NCBI GenBank assembly: GCA_048885535.1
Contig: JBHLLO010000019.1
Coordinates: 1 to 44,125 of the forward strand
DNA: 44,125 bases
From: Candidatus Hermodarchaeota archaeon
Lineage (GTDB): Archaea; Asgardarchaeota; Lokiarchaeia; Sigyniarchaeales; SOKP01
Direction: 5' to 3'
This document shows positions 9,144 through 18,248 of the stretch, piece by piece; the first letter of the stretch is position 1, and each line of letters opens with the position of its first letter. Under the pieces are notes generated by a model. The model was not told where the DNA came from. It saw only the letters and a program-made list of their open reading frames with translations, and did no database searches. The position numbers and the translations under genes are program-made.

Positions 9144-10652
9144 CTAATTTATATCCACTAAATATTTTTGATTACTTTCTTGACCAAAAATATTGATAAG
9201 TTTTACTTGTATCTGATATTGATTTGATTTTCTGTAATTAAAAGGAGATGAGACTAATTTTATTACCCTGTTTTTTGGTGTTCTAAAAGAGTACCAGTTA
9301 TTTTTAAAGAAAATGTTATTATGATTAAAATCTATAGCCCAATAATCGATTAAATCATAAAATGAATTCACTTTATCTAAAATTTTATTAGAAATTAGAT
9401 TGATACAAGGTAAACTATAATCCTTTAATTCAATATATACTTCTTTATTACTTACATTAAGTTCTACATCAAAACTTGGAGCTTCCTTTATGTTAGAAAT
9501 GTCATCAACCTCATCCCTTAGTAAATTTTCAGGAATAATATAACTCCCAGATTCCCTATTCAAATTAATTACTTCAAAGGGTTGATGAGATTTATTATAA
9601 TTTTTTTTCCAACTAAAAAGGTCATTACTTTTAGAAATATCAAGTAACCTCTTTCTTGTGATGTGAATTGCATGGTTAGCTATATCACATCCAATCCAGC
9701 GCCTTCCAAGCTTTTCTGCTACAATTAGACTAGTGCCTGTTCCACAAAAAAAGTCTGCAACTAGATCTTTTTTATTTGAGGATGACAGTATAATACGCTT
9801 CATTAATCTTTCTGGCTTTTGAGTAGAAAAGCCTTGATATTCTGTTGTATTGGCCCTAATATAAGGAATATCATTCCATACATCTCTGGGAAAAATTCCA
9901 TCTTCTTTAACATAGACTTTTTGTGACAATTTTTTTCCATTATGACTACCACCTCTATAATAAAATATACCTTTATCATCTCTTTTTAAAGCATTTTTAA
10001 CTCGATTTGAATATTCCATATAAATATTCGGGTCATCATTAAAGACATAATCTTCTGATTTAGAATAAAATAGAATCACATCATAGGATCTAATAAAAAA
10101 TCTTCTAGTTTGAACTGAGGCTGCTGGATATGACCATATTATTTCATTTCTAAAATTTTCACTTCCAAAAATTTCGTCCAAGATTATTTTTACATAATGA
10201 CTTACGTGCCAATCTAAATGAACATAAATGCTTCCATTGCTAGAAAGTAATTGTTTCATTAATATCAAGCGAGAATATAAGAAATTTAAATAGGTTTCTA
10301 AACCTTCTTTCCAAGTATCGGAATACGCTTTAGTAGATTCATTGAAATTACCTTCTCCAATATATATTTTATATGTAAAATTTCCTCCTGTAGCAAATGG
10401 AGGGTCAATATAAATAAGATTAATTTTACTAGAAAAATCTTTTAGTAATAATTTCATTGCTTGTTGGTTTTCCCCACAGATGAGAAGATTATTCCAGATT
10501 ATTTCATTATCCATTTCATTTAGATTAGGATTATACCTGTCAATCGTAGTAGATATATCATATTTTATTTGTTGGAAAGAATCTTTATAATCAGAATTTA
10601 AATCTGATAAATTTAATTCTTCTTTTTTCCCTTTCCAAATTAAGTTAGGCAT
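9144..10652 (-). CDS. Site-specific DNA amino-methyltransferase (beta class, type III Mod-like), orphan in this window
   Basis: IYIDPPF precedes TQKPERL and DFFCGTGT. The ATG at 10652 (MPNLIWKGK) is a more plausible start than 10703. Confidence 0.9.
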   Translation of the reverse strand: MPNLIWKGKKEELNLSDLNSDYKDSFQQIKYDISTTIDRYNPNLNEMDNEIIWNNLLICGENQQAMKLLLKDFSSKINLIYIDPPFATGGNFTYKIYIGEGNFNESTKAYSDTWKEGLETYLNFLYSRLILMKQLLSSNGSIYVHLDWHVSHYVKIILDEIFGSENFRNEIIWSYPAASVQTRRFFIRSYDVILFYSKSEDYVFNDDPNIYMEYSNRVKNALKRDDKGIFYYRGGSHNGKKLSQKVYVKEDGIFPRDVWNDIPYIRANTTEYQGFSTQKPERLMKRIILSSSNKKDLVADFFCGTGTSLIVAEKLGRRWIGCDIANHAIHITRKRLLDISKSNDLFSWKKNYNKSHQPFEVINLNRESGSYIIPENLLRDEVDDISNIKEAPSFDVELNVSNKEVYIELKDYSLPCINLISNKILDKVNSFYDLIDYWAIDFNHNNIFFKNNWYSFRTPKNRVIKLVSSPFNYRKSNQYQIQVKLINIFGQESNQKYLVDIN

Positions 10653-10744
10653 AATTAATCCCTTATAAGATGACAAAAGATTTATTGTTAATTTCCTTTT
10701 CAAATTTAATTTAGATAATAATTATCTCAAAAATAGAAGATACG

Positions 10745-12064
10745 ATGCTTGATGAATTAGGAGACTGGAGGAAAACCCACTATACTAAAGATGTTACTCT
10801 AAAATTAATTGATAAAGAGATCATTATAGGAGGCTGGGTAAGAAATTTCCGAGATCTTGGCGGTTTAAAATTTATTAGTCTCCAAGATAAATATGGAGAA
10901 CGTCAAATTACCCTCAAGAAAGGAGTAGTATCTGATGATTTATTCGAAAAGGCAAAACTGGGCTACCAGTATTGTATATTGGTAAAAGGAGTCGTAAAGA
11001 AGTTTAAAGATGCTCCGGGAGGAATTGAGATTATCCCAACAGAAATAAAAATCTTGAATATTACTCCTGAGAAGCTACCTATTGATATGACTGGGGAAAC
11101 AAATTCAGAATTAGATCTTAGGTTAAATAATAGAGCTTTAGATTTAAGATCTTTAAAAAATCAAGCAATTTTTGAAATTAGAGGGGAATTAATTAGATCT
11201 AGTAGAGAATTTTTGCTTGAAAGAGACTTTACAGAAATTACAACACCAAAGATAATAGGTTCAGCTACTGAAGGAGGTACAGAATTATTTCCAATAATGT
11301 ATTTCGATAAAGAAGCCTTTTTAACACAATCTGCTCAACTATATAAGGAACAATTAAGTGGAGTATATGAGAGAGTATTTGAAATAAGCCCATGTTTTCG
11401 AGCTGAAAAAAGTCGTACTAAAAGACACATCTGTGAAATTTTTACTTTAGACGTGGAAATGGCGTTTGTAGATATGTATGATGTTCTTAAGATTTTGGAA
11501 GAATTAGTTCATAAAGTGATAACAGATATAAGAAAAAATAAAATGACTGCTCTAAAATTCCTCCAAATGGAAGACAAAACGAATACTCCTGAGATACCAC
11601 TTCCAAGATACACTTATGATGAAATTTTAGACTTATTAAATAACAAATTCAAAATAACCGTAGAATGGGGTGAGGACATCCCTACGGAAGCATATCGTAA
11701 ATTAGGAGAAGTGATACCAGGCTATTATTATATAATTAATTGGCCAATGTCAATTAAACCCTTTTATATTATGCCTTCAAAAAATCCGAAATATAGTGAG
11801 TCATTCGATTTACAAATGGGTTGGCTTGAATTGACTTCAGGGGGAACCCGAGTACATAATAAAGAAAAACTTGTTGTTGCAATTGAGGAGAAAGGATTAA
11901 ACCCAATCTCATTCGAGTCTCATCTTAATGCTTTTGGTTTTGGTATGCCTCCTCATGCAGGTTTTGGGCTGGGCATAGCACGTTGGGTTACGTATTTATG
12001 TGGTTTAGATGACATTAGAGAAGCTGTAATGTATCCAAGAACTCCTGATAGATTAACACCTTAA
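10745..12064 (+). CDS. aspS: Aspartyl-tRNA synthetase, archaeal type (possibly non-discriminating)
   Basis: OB-fold [57 protein letters not shown]. Confidence 0.95.
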   Translation: MLDELGDWRKTHYTKDVTLKLIDKEIIIGGWVRNFRDLGGLKFISLQDKYGERQITLKKGVVSDDLFEKAKLGYQYCILVKGVVKKFKDAPGGIEIIPTEIKILNITPEKLPIDMTGETNSELDLRLNNRALDLRSLKNQAIFEIRGELIRSSREFLLERDFTEITTPKIIGSATEGGTELFPIMYFDKEAFLTQSAQLYKEQLSGVYERVFEISPCFRAEKSRTKRHICEIFTLDVEMAFVDMYDVLKILEELVHKVITDIRKNKMTALKFLQMEDKTNTPEIPLPRYTYDEILDLLNNKFKITVEWGEDIPTEAYRKLGEVIPGYYYIINWPMSIKPFYIMPSKNPKYSESFDLQMGWLELTSGGTRVHNKEKLVVAIEEKGLNPISFESHLNAFGFGMPPHAGFGLGIARWVTYLCGLDDIREAVMYPRTPDRLTP

Positions 12065-12091
12065 TTTATTGAAAAAAACTATTGACTAAGT

Positions 12092-13009
12092 ATGACTGAA
12101 GATTGGATTGAATCATATATTAAGGCTGGTAAAGCGGTAATTGCTGCGAAAAAATTAGCAGAAAAGATCGTAAAACCCGGATTTTTATATTTAGAACTTG
12201 CTACTTTATGTGAAGATGAAATTTTAAACCAAGGATGTGAACTAGCCTTTCCTATTAACATTTCTTTAAATGAAATCGCCGCTCATTATAGTCCAACTAT
12301 AGATGATGAAACTGTTGTACCTCCTAAAGGCTTATTAAAAATTGATTTAGGAGCCCATTATGAAGGTTATATCGCAGATTCTGCATTTACTATTAATATT
12401 AACAATGATAAACTACTCCAAAATTATATTGACGCTGCTGAAGAGGGACTTGAAGCCGCAATTGCTAAATTTAAACCAGGAACTAAACTTTATGAGCTAG
12501 GAGAAGTTATAGCTGAAAAGATTATAAGTCATGGATTAAGACCAATAGTTAACCTTGGAGGCCATGAATTAAAAAGGTATAATTTACATGCAGGTCCGTT
12601 TATACCAAATTTTCGAGATACTAGTCACAATCAAACTCTAAAAGTAGGTGATTCCTATGCATGTGAGCCATTTGCGACATCTGGGGTAGGTAAAGTTGCA
12701 AATGGAAACCAATCCTATATTTTTCGCTTTGTTAGAAAAGTAAAAAAAGATCTCTCCATTAAAGATCAAGATTTTAGGAATAAAATTGAAAAAATAACAA
12801 AGCGTCTTCCTTTTTCACCTCGATTATTAGAAAAAAATGGTATTGAAAAACAAGAAGTCATTAGAATAATAAATAAATTTTTAAGGAAAAAAATTCTTGA
12901 TAATTATCCAATATTAATTGAGAGATCAGGTGAACCTGTTGCCCAACAAGAACATACAATTATAATAGATATGGATGGAAATCCAATTGTTATCACAAGA
13001 GAAAATTAA
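12092..13009 (+). CDS. map: Methionine aminopeptidase type II
   Basis: AFP, AAHYSP, KIDLGAHYEGYIADSA, NLGGH, LHAG, EPFAT, QQEHT. Confidence 0.96.
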   Translation: MTEDWIESYIKAGKAVIAAKKLAEKIVKPGFLYLELATLCEDEILNQGCELAFPINISLNEIAAHYSPTIDDETVVPPKGLLKIDLGAHYEGYIADSAFTININNDKLLQNYIDAAEEGLEAAIAKFKPGTKLYELGEVIAEKIISHGLRPIVNLGGHELKRYNLHAGPFIPNFRDTSHNQTLKVGDSYACEPFATSGVGKVANGNQSYIFRFVRKVKKDLSIKDQDFRNKIEKITKRLPFSPRLLEKNGIEKQEVIRIINKFLRKKILDNYPILIERSGEPVAQQEHTIIIDMDGNPIVITREN

Positions 13010-13862
13010 TAAAAGAGCTATCATCCCTGTTATCTTATGTGCTGGTAAAGGGACTAGGTTAGAAAAACTTACTAAAAAGGTTCCTAAACCATTAATCAGA
13101 TTGAAATCATTAAATAACAATTCTATACTTTCTTATTTAATTAAAAATCTTATAAATTTGCAGGTAAACACAATTGTCTTAATCACTGGTCACCTTAATG
13201 AGAAAATTGAAGCATTTGTAAATTGTTTCATAGAAGATAATCGAGAATTTCAAGGAGTATTAACACTAATTCATTCTGGAAGTGATTATGAGAAAGGACC
13301 CCTTTATTCTTTACTATCATTAATTCAGAATAAAAAGATTTTTAGGGATGGTAATATATACGTTATTCTTCCAGGTGACACTATCTTCGAAAAAGCATTA
13401 TTGAAAGAATCTTTTAGTTTAATTTATGAAAACTTAGATATAATTCAATCCAAACCATGTATTTTTTTCCAAGACATGCAAGCAGGTAACTTGATTAATT
13501 CTTATAAACAAAATAAGAAATCGATTACCAAATTTATCTCGATATTAGATTCAGAAGATGTAAAAAAAGGATTTATAGTAAAAGAAATTAGAAAAGATGA
13601 TTTGAATTCAGCCTCTAAAGAACAATATATTAAGTTAGTTGTCCCTATCCTGATTTTAAGTTATAAATTTATCAAGATTTTTAATGAACTTTCTGTAAAT
13701 AATCCAGTTGGAGAAATACGAGAAATTTTGAATATCTATTTACAAAAGCAAACTATATTCCCATTTAAACTAAATTCAAAAAATAGATTCTATGATATTG
13801 ATACTTTAGATGATTTAAGCTCATTCAATCAAATTAAAGGGAAAAAAAAAGGTGGACAATAG
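12975..13862 (+). CDS. Sugar-phosphate nucleotidyltransferase family protein
   Basis: VILCAGKGTRL.....PKPL, GD motif and C-terminal YDIDT.DD. True start uncertain because of the overlap with map. Confidence 0.8.
   Translation: MEIQLLSQEKINKRAIIPVILCAGKGTRLEKLTKKVPKPLIRLKSLNNNSILSYLIKNLINLQVNTIVLITGHLNEKIEAFVNCFIEDNREFQGVLTLIHSGSDYEKGPLYSLLSLIQNKKIFRDGNIYVILPGDTIFEKALLKESFSLIYENLDIIQSKPCIFFQDMQAGNLINSYKQNKKSITKFISILDSEDVKKGFIVKEIRKDDLNSASKEQYIKLVVPILILSYKFIKIFNELSVNNPVGEIREILNIYLQKQTIFPFKLNSKNRFYDIDTLDDLSSFNQIKGKKKGGQ
13842..13850 (-). terminator. Oligo-U terminator of the putative ncRNA
   Basis: T9 run on the minus strand, 2 nt after the 3' arm of the terminal helix. Confidence 0.55.
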
Positions 13863-14338
13863 TAGCTCCGATATACTCCGAAGAAATGTTTCAAAGGAAT
13901 CAACTATTACTTCTTCCTAAGAATACCCTCCCGGATCAAAGCCTCTATTGGCAAAACTGAAACTTTTTTAAAGAGCATTTTTGTTTTGTTGTCTCGAGTC
14001 TCAAAAAATTACTCAATACGACAAGAACTCATTTAATTCTTGCTCCTCAGTATAAATTATTTTTTCAATGTTAAAAATACATTTACTCTTACAATTTGCT
14101 CCAGAGTGCTACCATATCCGGATGCTTTTATGAGTTTGTGTATTAATTAATGTCTAAATTTCTGACGGTATAAATGTTATTCAATAATAATAAACAACTG
14201 GATTCAATGCCTCCATTAAATCCTTAGGTACCAAATAAAAAAAATCATTGGCTTTACCAAATTTACTAAATGGTCACAAGTTTTTCAACAGTGAACCGTA
14301 TTATTTGAATCAAAATCCAATGCAATACTATTGTCCAA
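13851..14338 (-). ncRNA. Putative large (~485 nt) structured non-coding RNA of unrecognised class
   Basis: No ORF of 60 aa or more; 12-bp perfect end-to-end pairing (14326-14337 with 13853-13864); at least six internal helices with minus-strand G-U pairs and a GAAA tetraloop; upstream TATA box and downstream U9. Confidence 0.7.
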
Positions 14339-14359
14339 TAAATTTAATGGTGAAATGAC

Positions 14360-14374
14360 TATTTAAATCTTTTT
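14360..14374 (-). promoter_or_regulatory. BRE-TATA promoter of the putative ncRNA
   Basis: Minus strand reads AAAAAGA-TTTAAATA, with the TATA centred ~26 nt upstream of the 5' arm of the terminal helix (canonical archaeal spacing). Confidence 0.6.
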
Positions 14375-14479
14375 ATTAAAAAGAATAATGAAGAATTGGT
14401 ATTTTAGATTGAATAATATCCATACAATTAAGAAAATTTAAAATAATATAAATATCAAAATTGATTCTATAAATAAATC

Positions 14480-14869
14480 ATGTCTGATAGTGGAGAAATA
14501 CCTATTAAAATTGATCTATTTGGAATTGGCACTTTAGATGGACATATAATAAGACATTTTGCTCCTTTATCTGCTGATGCCATTTTGGATAAATTACCTA
14601 TTATCCTAAGAGGAAGATTTAGCTTTGGTTCAAAAAAGCATTGGATACTTCCAGGAGTGGAAATCTTTAAAGGAAAGAATCCAAAATCCAAAGAAGAAGT
14701 AAAAAAAGGAGATATAATATATAATCCAAAAGCAGATGAACTAATCCTTGTTATCGAAAATTCCTTAATGCCTAATAAGGTTAATGTAGTTGGGAAAATT
14801 ACTAGCCCTCTTGATGTTCTTTTAAAAGCAAAAAATGGATTAAATACAAAAATCTCTAAAATTCCTTAA
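14480..14869 (+). CDS. Cyclophilin-like fold protein (DUF369/TM1367-like)
   Basis: APLSADAILDKLP, VKKGDIIYNP...LIL and VNVVGKI pattern. Confidence 0.65.
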   Translation: MSDSGEIPIKIDLFGIGTLDGHIIRHFAPLSADAILDKLPIILRGRFSFGSKKHWILPGVEIFKGKNPKSKEEVKKGDIIYNPKADELILVIENSLMPNKVNVVGKITSPLDVLLKAKNGLNTKISKIP

Positions 14870-14888
14870 CGAGCACGGTAATATCATT

Positions 14889-15725
14889 ATGGCAGTACCA
14901 AAAAAGTTATCAATAGTCTTTATAGTTTTCTACTTAGCCACAATAATATATCTTTTCCTATTTTTAACTGTTCCAGTAGTACAAGATGCAATCATCCAAT
15001 CAAGAAGGAATATTGCTCTTTTAACAGAAGGAACTAACTATTTTTTAGCAATTTTAATTTCATTTTTAATTTGTTTAATTGGAAACGCTAGCGTAGGATT
15101 CCCTGTACCATATCCTTTTATTCTTTTTTCCTTTTCAAATTCAATTTATTCAAATTATGTAAGCCAGGGTTTAGTAATAGGAGAAATTTTGTTGAACGGG
15201 TATTTTTGGTTGGAGATATTGGGTATAACTCTTGCTGGGGGCTTAGGTAGTGCATTAGGGGAACTAGTCAGTCTTTTAATCGGTAAAGGAGCAAAAAAAA
15301 TAGCTAAGAAAACAACTGCAAACGAAACCTTGAGAAATGTCCAAGGTTTTGGTAGAATTATTTTAGAATATCCTAAGACTATGTATTTATATATATTTAT
15401 CGCAGCAGCATTACCTATTCCTGATGATCCTTTATGGATTGCTTTGGGCATGTCAGAAAAGCGCATCAATTTTCATAAATGCCTAATTTTCGCTTGGATG
15501 GGAAAAAACTTGACAACTCTATTCTATGCTCTATTACCAATCTTAATACTATTTGGTGTAAATGCCACTGGTGTAGAAATAGGAGATACTTCAAGTGTAA
15601 TAACAGAGGCGGTACTTCTTCTGGTAACCATAACTTTAATGTATTTTATTATGACATTTGATTGGTTGAAATTACTTGAAAAGAGAAAAGAACGTAAATT
15701 GAAGAAAGAAGGAGCTGAAAATTAA
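14889..15725 (+). CDS. DedA/VTT (SNARE-associated-like) membrane protein
   Basis: Multiple TM segments; FPVPY, GGLGSALGELVS..IG and IFIAAALPIPDDPLWIALG motifs. Confidence 0.75.
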   Translation: MAVPKKLSIVFIVFYLATIIYLFLFLTVPVVQDAIIQSRRNIALLTEGTNYFLAILISFLICLIGNASVGFPVPYPFILFSFSNSIYSNYVSQGLVIGEILLNGYFWLEILGITLAGGLGSALGELVSLLIGKGAKKIAKKTTANETLRNVQGFGRIILEYPKTMYLYIFIAAALPIPDDPLWIALGMSEKRINFHKCLIFAWMGKNLTTLFYALLPILILFGVNATGVEIGDTSSVITEAVLLLVTITLMYFIMTFDWLKLLEKRKERKLKKEGAEN

Positions 15726-15890
15726 TTACTTATTGTTATTTAAGCAATTTTTACATACAAAAATGACTTTTTCCTTTTTTTTTGAGTTCTCATCATAATA
15801 AATTCTTTTATAGATGAAATTCTTACATACTTCACAGATGGCAGTAGTTCTAGTCTCTCCTAATAATGGGCCTAATTTATCAAATGACAT
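15726..15890 (-). CDS. Small zinc-finger protein, 54 aa (missed by the ORF track)
   Basis: MSFDKLGPLLGETRTTAICEVCKNFIYKRIYYDENSKKKEKVIFVCKNCLNNNK has two CxxC motifs and starts 7 bp after the Alba-like gene. Confidence 0.75.
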   Translation of the reverse strand: MSFDKLGPLLGETRTTAICEVCKNFIYKRIYYDENSKKKEKVIFVCKNCLNNNK

Positions 15891-15897
15891 TATACAA

Positions 15898-16215
15898 CTA
15901 AAAATTTAATTTTGTAAGAGTAATTTCTATATTCGAAATTATATCCCTTTTTTGTTTTGGTTTTTGTCTACTTTTATAACCCTGTCGTTTATGATTATAA
16001 TAAGGGCGACTTCCTAATGAAATATTTGCAATCTCTATATTGGGGTACATCCGATGTTTCAAAATTTCAGCGACTTCAACAGCAGTTGAGATTTCATTTC
16101 CTTCTCCTTTTATCATTAATGATTTGGTCCCTCCTGAAAATGCAAAAATAGCATCTTTAATAGTCTTATCTTTATCAGAGCGCTTTTTTATAATTAACGT
16201 AGTATCATTAACCAT
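15898..16215 (-). CDS. Divergent Alba-family nucleic-acid-binding protein
   Basis: IKGEGNEISTAVEVAEIL, ISLGS and ISNIEITL match the Alba pattern (IKARG.AIS.AVDVAEI...IGS...VS.IEI.L). Confidence 0.75.
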   Translation of the reverse strand: MVNDTTLIIKKRSDKDKTIKDAIFAFSGGTKSLMIKGEGNEISTAVEVAEILKHRMYPNIEIANISLGSRPYYNHKRQGYKSRQKPKQKRDIISNIEITLTKLNF

Positions 16216-16394
16216 GGAAGAACCTTCTTAACAAAAATTTACTAGAATTGAATCAAAAGAAGTCTAATTAGTAATTATTTACCAATAAATTTAAAATTTG
16301 TTTTAATTATCCATATGATTTATTTTAAAGATGATAAGCTACATCATTCTTTAGAAGTAAAATGACTCAAAATAATAACTTGAAAAAATGAAAT

Positions 16395-17627
16395 TCATTC
16401 AAATTCTGAACGATTATTTAAATCATCCAAAATTATTTGATATTCAGAACTTCTAGATTCAAAATGTTCAATTATTTTCCGTTCGTCTGTATCCAGATAA
16501 TCAAAATAGGGAGATATTATTTCTATTCGCTTAGTGAATTCTTCGATTATTTTATTATACCACTCATTCGGCTTAGCTAATAATGTTTGAACTTTTTTGC
16601 TGTATTTCCCTCTTTTTTGTTTGAGTTTAACCTTATCATTATTTTTTTTAATCTCAAGTAAGGATTCTTCAAACCCTTTAATCTGTTCTTCAATTTTTTC
16701 TCTAAACTTTGGGATTCTATAGCTTTTTTTAAAAAATTCTGGATCCCATTCATATAAATATCTGTCATCTTCTTCAGCTTCCTCTTCATTATCTGTAACT
16801 TTAATATCACTTTTAGGTACCAAAATTAAACCATAGTTTCTTTGCAGTTGAGCTAAGTACCTCTTACGTAAAATCTCATCAATATATTTTACTTCTTTTA
16901 ATATTCTTTCTATATTTTCGTCTATATCAACAAATATAGGCTCAACTTCCTTTACCATCTCTTTTTTTCCAAATTCATACTCTAATTCTGCAAAATCATA
17001 TGTAGAAAACATTCCTCGATCTGGATTTAGTATTCTTAATGCTGCAACTCCAAGAAAAAAATCTGTTGACTTTAATTCACAGTGATCAAAAATTAAACCC
17101 ACAGCAAACGGATTTGGAATTTGATAACCTAATTGAGTTAAACAATCTACTGGACTGAAGAAAAACTTAAAACCAGGATGTGAGTGCCACCATCCAACTA
17201 TAAAATCATTCTTTTTATCTTGAATAGACTTTTCATAAATAGAAGCATCAATTTGGGCCATATCGACGTATTGTTTATTTTCATATTTCACCCCTGCGCG
17301 ATCTCCTACTACCATTGGAATAGCATCTTTTACAATAACGTTTTTGTTATTTTCAATAGATCCAATTAAAATTCCATAAACTTCACGCCAATTTCTTGTT
17401 GATAATTTGTTATTAGCGTACCTTATTGCATATCCCGCCATTCTTCGGTATGCATTTAACTTTAACAATACAGGAGCTTTTGCAGGATCTATTCCATATT
17501 CTTGTTTTAATTTAGCAGTTGGAGATAATTCTGTCATGTCTTTAGATTTCAATGAATCGTTATTTTCTTCATCGCTTTTTCCTTGATTGAAGTTCATCTT
17601 TTGTTCATTAAATTTTTTTATTGACAA
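16395..17627 (-). CDS. MPN+/JAMM metalloprotease (Rpn11/CSN5-like) with C-terminal coiled coil
   Basis: REVYGILIG and VGWWHSHPGFKFFFSPVDCLTQ give an intact E..HxH..S..D motif. Confidence 0.88.
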   Translation of the reverse strand: MSIKKFNEQKMNFNQGKSDEENNDSLKSKDMTELSPTAKLKQEYGIDPAKAPVLLKLNAYRRMAGYAIRYANNKLSTRNWREVYGILIGSIENNKNVIVKDAIPMVVGDRAGVKYENKQYVDMAQIDASIYEKSIQDKKNDFIVGWWHSHPGFKFFFSPVDCLTQLGYQIPNPFAVGLIFDHCELKSTDFFLGVAALRILNPDRGMFSTYDFAELEYEFGKKEMVKEVEPIFVDIDENIERILKEVKYIDEILRKRYLAQLQRNYGLILVPKSDIKVTDNEEEAEEDDRYLYEWDPEFFKKSYRIPKFREKIEEQIKGFEESLLEIKKNNDKVKLKQKRGKYSKKVQTLLAKPNEWYNKIIEEFTKRIEIISPYFDYLDTDERKIIEHFESRSSEYQIILDDLNNRSEFE

Positions 17628-17702
17628 ATTAATTATAGTGTAAAGATTTTTATTCTTTTATAATGTTTCAAATTTATTCTTCAATATAATTTAATCTAAT
17701 GA

Positions 17703-18245
17703 ATGAAAGTTATAGGATTTTGTGGACTTCCAGGATCGGGTAAATCGACAGCAATAAACGCTGTGCGTGATTTAGGTATAGTCGTTAATATGGGCGATAT
17801 TATAAGGAGTGAAGCAAAAAATAGAAAAATCGAACCATCTGATGAGAATCTCGGAAAGATTGCAACGGAATTAAGAGAGAAGCATGGTAAAAGTATTATT
17901 GCTCAAAAATGTGTAGAATTAATAAAAAAACTCAAAGCTGAAGTTATTTTTGTTGATGGTATTAGATCTTTATATGAAGTTGAAGTATTTAGGAAGTATT
18001 GGAAGTTTCCTATAATTGAAATTGCAACCAAAAATGAAATTAGACATAAAAGAATTTCAGATCGCGCAAGAACTGATGACTCAATAACAATATCCAACAT
18101 GACTGAAAGAGATAAGAGAGAAATTGATTTAGGTATTAAAGAAGTATTATTGAGAGCAGATTATAAGATTTCGAATGATTCTACTGTTGATGAATTAAAT
18201 AAAAGAATGAGAAAAATTATATTGAAGATATTAGAAAATTATTAA
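17703..18245 (+). CDS. P-loop nucleotide kinase, UPF0200 / dephospho-CoA-kinase-like
   Basis: GLPGSGKS, MGDIIR, VDGIRS..E, R.DD, ERD.RE..LG, ADY.I.N. Confidence 0.85.
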   Translation: MKVIGFCGLPGSGKSTAINAVRDLGIVVNMGDIIRSEAKNRKIEPSDENLGKIATELREKHGKSIIAQKCVELIKKLKAEVIFVDGIRSLYEVEVFRKYWKFPIIEIATKNEIRHKRISDRARTDDSITISNMTERDKREIDLGIKEVLLRADYKISNDSTVDELNKRMRKIILKILENY

Positions 18246-18248
18246 ATA

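Noticed and set aside
10745-11050. Firm call of AspRS as non-discriminating
   Set aside because: The loop Pro (DAPGG) fits the non-discriminating type but the expected His position reads Arg (GWVR), so it is ambiguous.
13851-14338. Identity of the structured region as RNase P RNA, SRP RNA, tmRNA or intron-containing tRNA
   Set aside because: The terminal helix, a GUAG-containing loop and the ..UCCACC end are superficially suggestive, but the RNase P CR-I/CR-V boxes, the SRP helix-8 motif and a T-arm (GUUCRA) were not found by eye. A very divergent member cannot be excluded without cmscan.
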